Positions 27,446 through 35,166 of a stretch of 64,000 nt of DNA are shown here, in pieces. Each line of letters opens with the position of its first letter. Within the stretch, counting starts at the first letter, position 1. Position numbers and translations under genes: made by a program. The notes beneath the pieces were generated by a model that made no database searches, was not told the origin of the DNA, and worked only from the letters and a program-made list of their open reading frames with translations. Source of the stretch: Vicinamibacterales bacterium (GTDB taxonomy: Bacteria; Acidobacteriota; Vicinamibacteria; Vicinamibacterales; 2-12-FULL-66-21); NCBI GenBank assembly GCA_035491715.1, contig DATJKH010000045.1:11993-75992 (forward strand). Direction: 5' to 3'.

Positions 27446-28012
27446 ATGGACATCCGGTGCCCTCGGTGCGGTTGTGAAGCAGTCCCGGCAGGCCACGAAG
27501 ACGCACGCGCGTACTATCAATGCCCGAAATGTAATCGAGTGTGGGCGACCACACTCGCCTCGCTCGCGGGTACTGATGGTCCGCGGAGCCGCCATAGCTC
27601 GATCCGAGTTCTTGTAGTCGACGATTCAAATGAACTGACGGGGTTGATTGCGATCTGGCTCGAGGACGAGGGGTACGCCGTCGTCACGGCCACGTCCGGC
27701 CGGGAGGCACTCGATGCCGCGTCGGTCTACTATCCCGACATCGTTCTTCTCGATCTCATCATGCCTCCGCCGGACGGCTTTGCGGTCTGCGCCGCGCTTC
27801 GCAGTTCCTTGCCTCCGCAAGTGATCCTCATGACCGGCCTGGGCGACGCCGACCACGTTCGCCGAGCGCTCGATCTCGGCGTGGTTGCCCTGCTGCGAAA
27901 ACCGCTGACTCGCGAGGCCGTTGTTGACGCTGTCAACGTTGCGGCCGAACGATGCCACCGCGATCCGTTATCCAAACTACGCTGGCATTTCGGAATGCAC
28001 CCACGGGCATAG
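27446..28012 (+). CDS. Response regulator: N-terminal zinc-ribbon plus receiver domain, no output domain
   Basis: MDIRCPRCGCEAV...YYQCPKCNRVW has two CxxC pairs. It is followed by REC motifs VLVVDDS, IVLLDLIMPPPDG, VILMTGLG, LRKP. Confidence 0.8.
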   Translation: MDIRCPRCGCEAVPAGHEDARAYYQCPKCNRVWATTLASLAGTDGPRSRHSSIRVLVVDDSNELTGLIAIWLEDEGYAVVTATSGREALDAASVYYPDIVLLDLIMPPPDGFAVCAALRSSLPPQVILMTGLGDADHVRRALDLGVVALLRKPLTREAVVDAVNVAAERCHRDPLSKLRWHFGMHPRA

Positions 28013-28139
28013 TTTGAAATTGGTGCCCCTTCGGCGTAGCTCAGGGTCAGCCCCGAGTAACGTCGATCGGCGGTTGTAGGGTAGGGTCTTTACACCTTGC
28101 CCAATTCAGGCATCACCAATTTCAGTATCATTACCGGCC

Positions 28140-31100
28140 ATGAACCGGTATCGCTGGCTTGTCATCTCGGTTGTCCTCCTGATCGCGATCGCTTATCTCT
28201 CCGCGGAGCCGGCACGTCAATCGATGACATCGGTCGATCCCGCGCTCTTCAAAGAGATGAAATACCGGCTCGTCGGTCCATCGCGCGGTGGTCGCGTGAC
28301 GACCGTCACCGGCGTGCCGACACAGCCGCGAACTTTCTACATGGGGGTGGCGAGCGGAGGACTGTTTCGGACGACCGACGGCGGCACGACATGGACACCG
28401 ATTGCTGATGGCAAGATTCCGCTCGGATCGATGGGTTCGATTGCGGTTGCCGATTCTGATCCGAACACCGTCTATGTCGGGACGGGATCGGATGGCGTTC
28501 GCAGCAACGTGTCGACAGGCCGCGGTGTATATCGAACCAGTGACGGCGGCGCCACCTGGCAGTTTGCCGGACTTCGCGACGCGGGTCAGATTGGTGCTGT
28601 CAGAATCCATCCGACCAATCCGAATGTTGCGTGGGTGGCCGCATACGGCGACGCGTTCAAGCGCAACGCCGAGCGCGGCGTATTCAAGACCGAGGACGGC
28701 GGGAAGACATGGCGGAAGGTCTTGTTCATCAATGACGGCGTTGGCGCGATGGATGTCGAGCTGCAACCGGGCAATCCCAATATTGTCTACGCCTGGATGT
28801 CACGTCTCGAGCGCAAGCCCTGGACGATCATCAGCGGATCGCGCGACGGCGGGTTCTTCAAAAGCAGCGACGGCGGAAATACCTTTGCCCACATCACCAC
28901 AGGACTTCCAATCGACCTGATCGGAAAAGCCAATCTCGCTGTCACCAACGCGAAGCCTGACCGCATCTATGCGCTCGTCGAAGCGCTCCCCGGCGGAGGA
29001 CTGTATCGATCGGACGATGCCGGGCAGACGTGGACGATGATCAATTCACAGGGGTCGCTGATTCAGCGTCCGTTCTATTACACGACGCTCGGTGCTGACC
29101 CGACGAATGCGGATGTCGTGTATGCCGGCGCGGAAAGCTTCTTCAAGTCGACAGATGGCGGAAAGACCTTCTCGTTGATGCGGACACCGCACGGCGACAA
29201 TCACGACATCTGGATCAATCCGAAGGATGGCAACACCATGATCCAGTCGAACGACGGCGGAGCGAATGTCTCGTTCGACGGCGGACGCACCTGGTCGTCG
29301 CAATTGAATCAGGTGACGGGCGAGTTTTATGGCGTCTGGCTGGACAACCAGTTCCCCTACAAGCTGTACGGTGCCCAGCAGGACGATTCAACGGTCATCA
29401 TCACGAGCCAGGCAGATCCGTTCGCGCGCGACGACTGGCGCGGTGGTCCCGGCTGTGAGACCGGACCGATCATTCCGCATCCACAGAATCCAGACATCGT
29501 CTACGGCTCGTGCAAGGGGCAGTACAGCGTAATGAACCTGAAGACGGGACAGGAGAAGAACTACTGGATCGGGGGACAGTCGCTTTACGGAAACCCGGCG
29601 CGGGATCTGATTTACCGCATGCAACGCGTTTCCCCGATGGCACTCTCGCCGCACGACCCGGACGTGTTGTATTACGGTTCGCAATTCGTGCATCGCACGC
29701 GCGACAAAGGTGTCACCTGGGAAAAGATCTCACCCGATCTGACGGCCCACCCGGATTGCTGTCAGGATGCCAGCGGCGAACCGATTACCCGTGATGTCAC
29801 CGGCGAAGAGTTCTATAGCACGCTGTACGCGATCAGCGAATCACCGCTCGAGAGGGGCGTCATCTGGACGGGCGCGAACGACGGTCCTTTCCATGTCACG
29901 CGCGATAACGGCCGATCCTGGACCAATGTGACGCCGAAGGAGATGGAGCCAGGGGGACGGGTCCAGTACATCGAAGCCTCGCCGCATCGGAAAGGCTCGG
30001 CCTACTACGCCGCGTATCGCTACCTGCTTGGTGACTATCGTCCCTATATCTATGCCACTGATGACTACGGAAAGACATGGAAGCGGTTGACTGATGGTTC
30101 GAACGGGATCCCTGCCGACACGCCCACGCGGGTCGTTCGTGAGGATCCCGATCGCGAAGGGTTGCTCTACGCCGGCACCGAATTCGGAATGTACATCTCG
30201 TTCGACAACGGTGGTCACTGGCAGTCATTTCAGTTGAATCTCCCGAACGTTCCCATCACCGACATCAAAGTGCACCATAAAGATCTGGTCGTCGCGACGC
30301 AGGGCCGTGCGTTCTGGATCCTCGATAACGTGACCGCGCTTCACCAACTCACGGCGAGCACGACCTCGACCGATGTCCGCCTTTACAAACCGCGGGACGG
30401 ATACCGGACGCGCATTGCGCCCGCGGTGCTTGGTCCGAACATCGAGTATTACCTGCCGGGTGTGCCTGCTGGAGCGGTCACGATCGACATTCTCGACGCG
30501 ACGGGAACCGTCGTGAACTCCTATAGCAGCGATGCTCCAGCACCCGGCGGACGCGGCGGGCGTGGCCGCGGTGCCGGCGCAGCGGCGGAATCCGATGATC
30601 CCGATGCCGCGCCGGCCTTCGGGCGGGGTCGCGGAGGCTTCGTTCCGCGCGCGACCAAGACTGAAGGGATGAATCGTTTCGTTTGGGACGTTCGCCAGCA
30701 GGCGGGCATCCTCGCACCGCCGGGATCGTATCAAGCGCGGCTGAGGGTGGGGACGACGACCCAGACACAGCCGTTCACCGTGGCGATCGATCCCAATGTC
30801 GCAGCTGACGGCGTCACCGTAGCGGATCTCAAAGAACAGTTCGAACACAACCTGCGAATGCGTCAGCTCGTGAACGATGTCAATGAGCTCGCCACTCGTG
30901 TCCGGGAGGCACAGGCGAAGCTGAAAGGAGAGGCCGGGCCGGCGACCAAATCCGGTCAACTGGACGCCGTGGCAGCGAAGCTTTTCACTGAATCGGTTCG
31001 CTACGGAAAGCCCGGTCTTCAGACTCACATCACGTATCTCGCCGGAATGACCACCGGAGCGGATCAAAAGATTGGCCGCGATGCCATTGAGCGCTATGCG

Positions 31101-31160
31101 ACACTACGAAAGGATGTCGACGCGCTTCGCGCTGCGCTGGATACAATAGTGAATCGCTAA
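28140..31160 (+). CDS. VPS10/sortilin-like BNR-repeat glycosyl-hydrolase-like protein
   Basis: 1006 aa with a signal anchor. Many Asp-boxes (TTDGGTTW, TSDGGATW, TEDGGKTW, SSDGGNTF, SDDAGQTW, STDGGKTF, SNDGGANV, FDGGRTW, TRDNGRSW, TDDYGKTW, FDNGGHW) and an RG-rich insert. Confidence 0.85.
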   Translation: MNRYRWLVISVVLLIAIAYLSAEPARQSMTSVDPALFKEMKYRLVGPSRGGRVTTVTGVPTQPRTFYMGVASGGLFRTTDGGTTWTPIADGKIPLGSMGSIAVADSDPNTVYVGTGSDGVRSNVSTGRGVYRTSDGGATWQFAGLRDAGQIGAVRIHPTNPNVAWVAAYGDAFKRNAERGVFKTEDGGKTWRKVLFINDGVGAMDVELQPGNPNIVYAWMSRLERKPWTIISGSRDGGFFKSSDGGNTFAHITTGLPIDLIGKANLAVTNAKPDRIYALVEALPGGGLYRSDDAGQTWTMINSQGSLIQRPFYYTTLGADPTNADVVYAGAESFFKSTDGGKTFSLMRTPHGDNHDIWINPKDGNTMIQSNDGGANVSFDGGRTWSSQLNQVTGEFYGVWLDNQFPYKLYGAQQDDSTVIITSQADPFARDDWRGGPGCETGPIIPHPQNPDIVYGSCKGQYSVMNLKTGQEKNYWIGGQSLYGNPARDLIYRMQRVSPMALSPHDPDVLYYGSQFVHRTRDKGVTWEKISPDLTAHPDCCQDASGEPITRDVTGEEFYSTLYAISESPLERGVIWTGANDGPFHVTRDNGRSWTNVTPKEMEPGGRVQYIEASPHRKGSAYYAAYRYLLGDYRPYIYATDDYGKTWKRLTDGSNGIPADTPTRVVREDPDREGLLYAGTEFGMYISFDNGGHWQSFQLNLPNVPITDIKVHHKDLVVATQGRAFWILDNVTALHQLTASTTSTDVRLYKPRDGYRTRIAPAVLGPNIEYYLPGVPAGAVTIDILDATGTVVNSYSSDAPAPGGRGGRGRGAGAAAESDDPDAAPAFGRGRGGFVPRATKTEGMNRFVWDVRQQAGILAPPGSYQARLRVGTTTQTQPFTVAIDPNVAADGVTVADLKEQFEHNLRMRQLVNDVNELATRVREAQAKLKGEAGPATKSGQLDAVAAKLFTESVRYGKPGLQTHITYLAGMTTGADQKIGRDAIERYATLRKDVDALRAALDTIVNR

Positions 31161-31331
31161 TCACTGATCACTCATCGTGAATCGTTGAATCACCCATCGT
31201 GCATCCTTGAATCACTACTCGTTGAATCATCGAATCCGGGAATCGGTGCGGGGTAAAACGATCCAAGGAGCGACGGTTCACAATGCGAGGATTCAAGGAT
31301 TCACGATGAGTGATCAGTGATTAGCGATTCA
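31150..31331. repeat. MITE-like element: 34-bp perfect terminal inverted repeats around a 114-nt AT-rich core
   Basis: Left arm 31150..31183 (TGAATCGCTAATCACTGATCACTCATCGTGAATC) is the exact reverse complement of 31298..31331. The left arm contains the last codons and the TAA stop of the upstream CDS. The core carries TTGAATCA x3. Confidence 0.9.
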
Positions 31332-31348
31332 AAGTTTGGAGCCGATTA

Positions 31349-32137
31349 ATGAGGAAGTTCGTTATTGCAGCGGGCCTGTCAACGCTGATGATTGTGCCGC
31401 TCAGCGCCGACCTGAAATACACCCAGCACATGCAGATCCAGAAATCCGCGACCGCCACCGATCAGCCAGCCAATCCCATGCTCGGAATGATGGCGGATGC
31501 GGTGATGAAACAGATGGTGCCCGGCGGCGAGGCGGACGTGGTGTACCTGGTGGGCGAAAAGGGCGCACGGATCGAGTATCTGCAGGCTGCGATGGGACAG
31601 GCGGCAGGCACGATCACGCTATTCTCGCCGGATGGCACGCTCGCCGTTCTCAATCCCAACGAGAAGACGTACTGGAAGACGACGATCCAGGCGGCTTTGG
31701 ACGGCATGAAAACGTCGGGCGTGCCCACGCCCGAGGTGACGGCAAAGCGGACCGGTCAGTTCGAAACGGTCGCCGGGACCAAGTGCGAAGTCATCACGTT
31801 CGACTGGAAGATGAATCTGCCAATTCCAGAAGCCGCACGAGCGAGTCTGCCGCCGGATTTTCCGAGCACGTTGAACATGACCGGCGACAGCTGTACGACG
31901 ACCGACCAGTATCAGAAGTACGCCGACATCGTGGCAAACGGGGCCAATGCCATGATGAGCGCGATGGGATTCGACAAGATTGCACAGGGCGGCCTGGTGC
32001 TGCGGCAGAGAATGAAGTTGATGGGATTCGAGATGAATTCCGCGGTGACGAAGATTGGCGAAGAGGCCGCACCGGCCGGTGCGTTTGAAATCCCCGCTGA
32101 TTACAAGGAAGTGCCGATGCCGGGCGCGGGGAAATAG
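31349..32137 (+). CDS. Secreted hypothetical protein (DUF4412/LolA-like size and pattern)
   Basis: 262 aa. Signal peptide MRKFVIAAGLSTLMIVPLSA. No catalytic motif recognised. Confidence 0.55.
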   Translation: MRKFVIAAGLSTLMIVPLSADLKYTQHMQIQKSATATDQPANPMLGMMADAVMKQMVPGGEADVVYLVGEKGARIEYLQAAMGQAAGTITLFSPDGTLAVLNPNEKTYWKTTIQAALDGMKTSGVPTPEVTAKRTGQFETVAGTKCEVITFDWKMNLPIPEAARASLPPDFPSTLNMTGDSCTTTDQYQKYADIVANGANAMMSAMGFDKIAQGGLVLRQRMKLMGFEMNSAVTKIGEEAAPAGAFEIPADYKEVPMPGAGK

Positions 32138-32146
32138 AGAGCCGCG

Positions 32147-33433
32147 ATGACCCGCCGCGCGACCCTTGCTGCGTTCCTGCTCGTTCAGGCCATCTCGTTC
32201 GCGCAAGGGACACCTCCGTTAAAGCCTGACGCGATCACCGTCCTTCGACCGGCGCGGGTGTTCGATGGCGAAATCATGCACGACGGATGGGCCGTCCGCG
32301 TCCAAGGCGAGCGCATTCAGGCTGTAGGGCCCGCGGCAAGCGTCTCCGCTCCCGGTGCCATCGTCGTCGAACTTGCCGGCACGACGCTTTTGCCGGGTCT
32401 CGTCGAAGGGCATTCTCACGTCCTGCTTCATCCGTACGACGAAACCAGCTGGGACGATCAAGTCCTGCACGAGTCACTTGGTGTCCGCACGGCTCGCGCC
32501 GTCAATCACCTGCGCGCGACGCTGATGGCTGGTTTCACCACCATCAGGGATCTTGGCACCGAAGGGGCGGCCTACGCCGATGTGGAACTCAAAGATGCCG
32601 TCAACCAGGGCATCATTCCAGGGCCGCGCATGCTCGTCTCGACACGAGCAATTGTTGCGACGGGCAGCTATGGTCCGAAGGGGTTCGCGCTCCAGTGGCG
32701 GGTTCCGCAGGGTGCCGAAGAAGCTGACGGCGATACGCTGATCCGAGTGGTCCGCGATCAGATCGGCCACGGTGCGGATTGGATCAAGGTTTACGCCGAC
32801 TATCGATGGGGCGCGCACGGGGAAGCGTCGCCGACCTTTTCGCAGCAGGAACTGACGACGATTGTCGAAACGGCCAGGAGCAGCGGCCGCCCCGTCGTCG
32901 CGCACTCGGCCACACCGGAGGGCATGCGGCGTTCGATCATGGCGGGCGTCGAGACCATCGAGCACGGTGATGGCGGCACACCCGACGTATTCAAACTAAT
33001 GGCGGAAAAAAACGTCGCGCTCTGTGCGACACTCGCAGCCGGCGATGCCACCGCGCAGTACGCGGGATGGAGGAAAGGATCTGCTCCAGAGCCACCGGGC
33101 ATCACCCGCAAGCGGGCCAGCTTCAAAGCGGCGCTGGATGCCGGAGTCACGATTCTCAGCGGCAGCGACGTCGGCGTGTTCAGTCATGGCGACAACGTTC
33201 GTGAACTCGAGCTCATGGTCAACTACGGCATGAAGGCTGACGCGGCACTGAAGAGTGCGACATCGGTTGCGGCGCGTGTACTCCACATGGAGAATCGCAT
33301 CGGCCGCCTGAAAGAAGGACTTCTCGCCGACATCCTGGCTGTAGACGGCGACCCCACTCACGACATCACGGCGCTCCGGCGTGTGCGCTTCGTGATGAAA
33401 AACGGCGCTGCCTACGTACACGTCCAGCCATGA
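32147..33433 (+). CDS. Amidohydrolase family metallohydrolase
   Basis: 428 aa with a signal peptide. Contains [15 protein letters not shown] (HxH), ...[10 protein letters not shown]..., ...IEHGD..., ...SGSDVG... Confidence 0.85.
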   Translation: MTRRATLAAFLLVQAISFAQGTPPLKPDAITVLRPARVFDGEIMHDGWAVRVQGERIQAVGPAASVSAPGAIVVELAGTTLLPGLVEGHSHVLLHPYDETSWDDQVLHESLGVRTARAVNHLRATLMAGFTTIRDLGTEGAAYADVELKDAVNQGIIPGPRMLVSTRAIVATGSYGPKGFALQWRVPQGAEEADGDTLIRVVRDQIGHGADWIKVYADYRWGAHGEASPTFSQQELTTIVETARSSGRPVVAHSATPEGMRRSIMAGVETIEHGDGGTPDVFKLMAEKNVALCATLAAGDATAQYAGWRKGSAPEPPGITRKRASFKAALDAGVTILSGSDVGVFSHGDNVRELELMVNYGMKADAALKSATSVAARVLHMENRIGRLKEGLLADILAVDGDPTHDITALRRVRFVMKNGAAYVHVQP

Positions 33434-34773
33434 GCCGCGACAATACGGAACAAAGAAAGATCCCGACCCGGTCGGTCGTGAGCTGGGTCCTCTACGACCT
33501 GGCGAACACCATCTTTTCGATGGGGGTTGTCTCTGTCTATTTTTCCACGTGGGTGCGCGATGAAGTCGGCGCTCTCCGCGCCGACTCGGTGTATGGCGTC
33601 ATCACGGCGATTTCCATGGGCCTGATCTTCATGGCGTCGCCGCTGCTCGGGGCGATGACGGATCGAGCGCCGCGACGAATGCCGTTTCTGGTCGTCAGCA
33701 CACTGGTTTGCGTCGGTTTCACGGCGCTGCTCGCGCGATTTGGTTTCTTTGCCACCGCGCTTTGTTTCGTGATCGCCAACGTGGCGTATCAGGCCGGCCT
33801 GCAGTTCTACGATGCCATGCTCCCGGAGGTCAGCCACGAGGGCAACCGCGGGAAAATCAGCGGCATTGGCGTCGGGGTCGGCTATCTCGGGTCGTACATC
33901 GCCGTCGGTCTCGGGATGGACGCGGTCTTCGGCTCGTCGAACAAGCCGTTCCTGTTTACGATGATCGCCTTGTTTTTCCTGCTGTTCGCGTTGCCCTGTT
34001 TCATCTTCGTGAAGGAACGAGGCAACCCGAACCCGCGAGAAGTCTTCAGCCTCGCCATGCTTCGCGAGTCGACAGCTGAAACGTTGCGAACCATCCAATC
34101 GGGAAGACAGTATCCAGGACTCGTGCGGTTTCTCGTTGGCCGAGTTTTCTACACGGATCCGATCAATACGGTGATCTCGATCATGATGCTGTATACGATC
34201 AACGTGGCGGAGCATACCGGCCTGAGTCACGATCAAGGCGAGGCCACGGGGAAGCTGATCATGATGACGGCAATCAGCTTCGCCGTCGTTGGCGGCTTTG
34301 CGTGGGGATGGACGGTCGATCGATTGGGACCCAAGCGGACGTTGAACTATGTGCTCTATCTGTGGGTCGGCGTATTCCTGCTTGCCGCGAGCGTGGGAAT
34401 CCTTGGACTGCCACTGTTTACGCTCTACATCGTTGCCTGTTCCGCCGGCATTGCGCTTGGTGGCGTCTGGGCAGCCGATCGCCCGTACATGCTCCGCCTG
34501 ACGCCGCCAACGCGTATCGGAGAGTTCTATGGCCTGTATGGAATGGTCGGTCGTTTCTCTGCCGTCACCGGACCACTGATTTGGGCAATCGTCACCCGCC
34601 TGACGATCAACAGTCTCGGGTTGGCACCAAACGTCGGCCAAGGAATCGGCGTGCTCGTGTTGCTCGCGCTGATTCTGGTGAGCTATGTCATTTTGAAACC
34701 GGTGACCGACGAACCTCGCGACTGGGCCCGGCTCGCCGCGCCGCAACCGGCCAACGCAGTGGCGGCACAGTAA
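33430..34773 (+). CDS. MFS transporter, UMF1 family
   Basis: 447 aa. N-terminal [20 protein letters not shown] is typical of UMF1 transporters. ATGA overlap with the amidohydrolase stop. Confidence 0.8.
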   Translation: MSRDNTEQRKIPTRSVVSWVLYDLANTIFSMGVVSVYFSTWVRDEVGALRADSVYGVITAISMGLIFMASPLLGAMTDRAPRRMPFLVVSTLVCVGFTALLARFGFFATALCFVIANVAYQAGLQFYDAMLPEVSHEGNRGKISGIGVGVGYLGSYIAVGLGMDAVFGSSNKPFLFTMIALFFLLFALPCFIFVKERGNPNPREVFSLAMLRESTAETLRTIQSGRQYPGLVRFLVGRVFYTDPINTVISIMMLYTINVAEHTGLSHDQGEATGKLIMMTAISFAVVGGFAWGWTVDRLGPKRTLNYVLYLWVGVFLLAASVGILGLPLFTLYIVACSAGIALGGVWAADRPYMLRLTPPTRIGEFYGLYGMVGRFSAVTGPLIWAIVTRLTINSLGLAPNVGQGIGVLVLLALILVSYVILKPVTDEPRDWARLAAPQPANAVAAQ

Positions 34774-34812
34774 ACGGAAAGGCAAAAGGGAAAAGAGAGA
34801 AGGGGAAAAGTC

Positions 34813-35112
34813 ATGTCGGATGCTCCAAAGAGCGCGATCGATATCGTCATGGAACGGCTGCGGAAAAAAGATGCCGAGGCCGGTATCGAACAGACCGCAT
34901 TGACCGACGCACAGAGAGCAGCGATTGCGGAAGTGCGAAGCGTCTACGAAGCCCAGGTGGCCGAGCGCCGGATCCTGCACCAGTCAACCATCGCCGGTAT
35001 CTTCGACCCGGCGGAGCTCGACCAACGCGAGAGCGAGTTCCGACGCGATCTGGATCGCTTCGAGCGCGAGCGGGAAGAAAAAGTCACACGCATACGTTCG
35101 CGGACCGCTTGA
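34813..35112 (+). CDS. Hypothetical small charged helical protein
   Basis: 99 aa. ATG preceded by GAAGGGGAAAAG. E/R-rich. Confidence 0.5.
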   Translation: MSDAPKSAIDIVMERLRKKDAEAGIEQTALTDAQRAAIAEVRSVYEAQVAERRILHQSTIAGIFDPAELDQRESEFRRDLDRFEREREEKVTRIRSRTA

Positions 35113-35166
35113 CCAACCTTTCCCTTTTCGATTTTGCCTTTTCCCTCCGTATACTTCGTTCAGCAA

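Noticed and set aside
28033-28057. tRNA-like string GGCGTAGCTCAGGGTCAGCCCCGAG.
   Set aside because: It resembles an acceptor/D-arm start. However, no anticodon arm, T-arm (GTTCRANYC) or matching 3' acceptor strand follows, and the length and structure do not fit a tRNA.
31150-31331. Autonomous IS element or integron-like cassette at the 34-bp inverted repeat.
   Set aside because: No transposase or integrase ORF lies within or next to the element, only 114 nt separate the arms, and no direct target duplication is visible. It is therefore reported only as a MITE-like/REP-like repeat.
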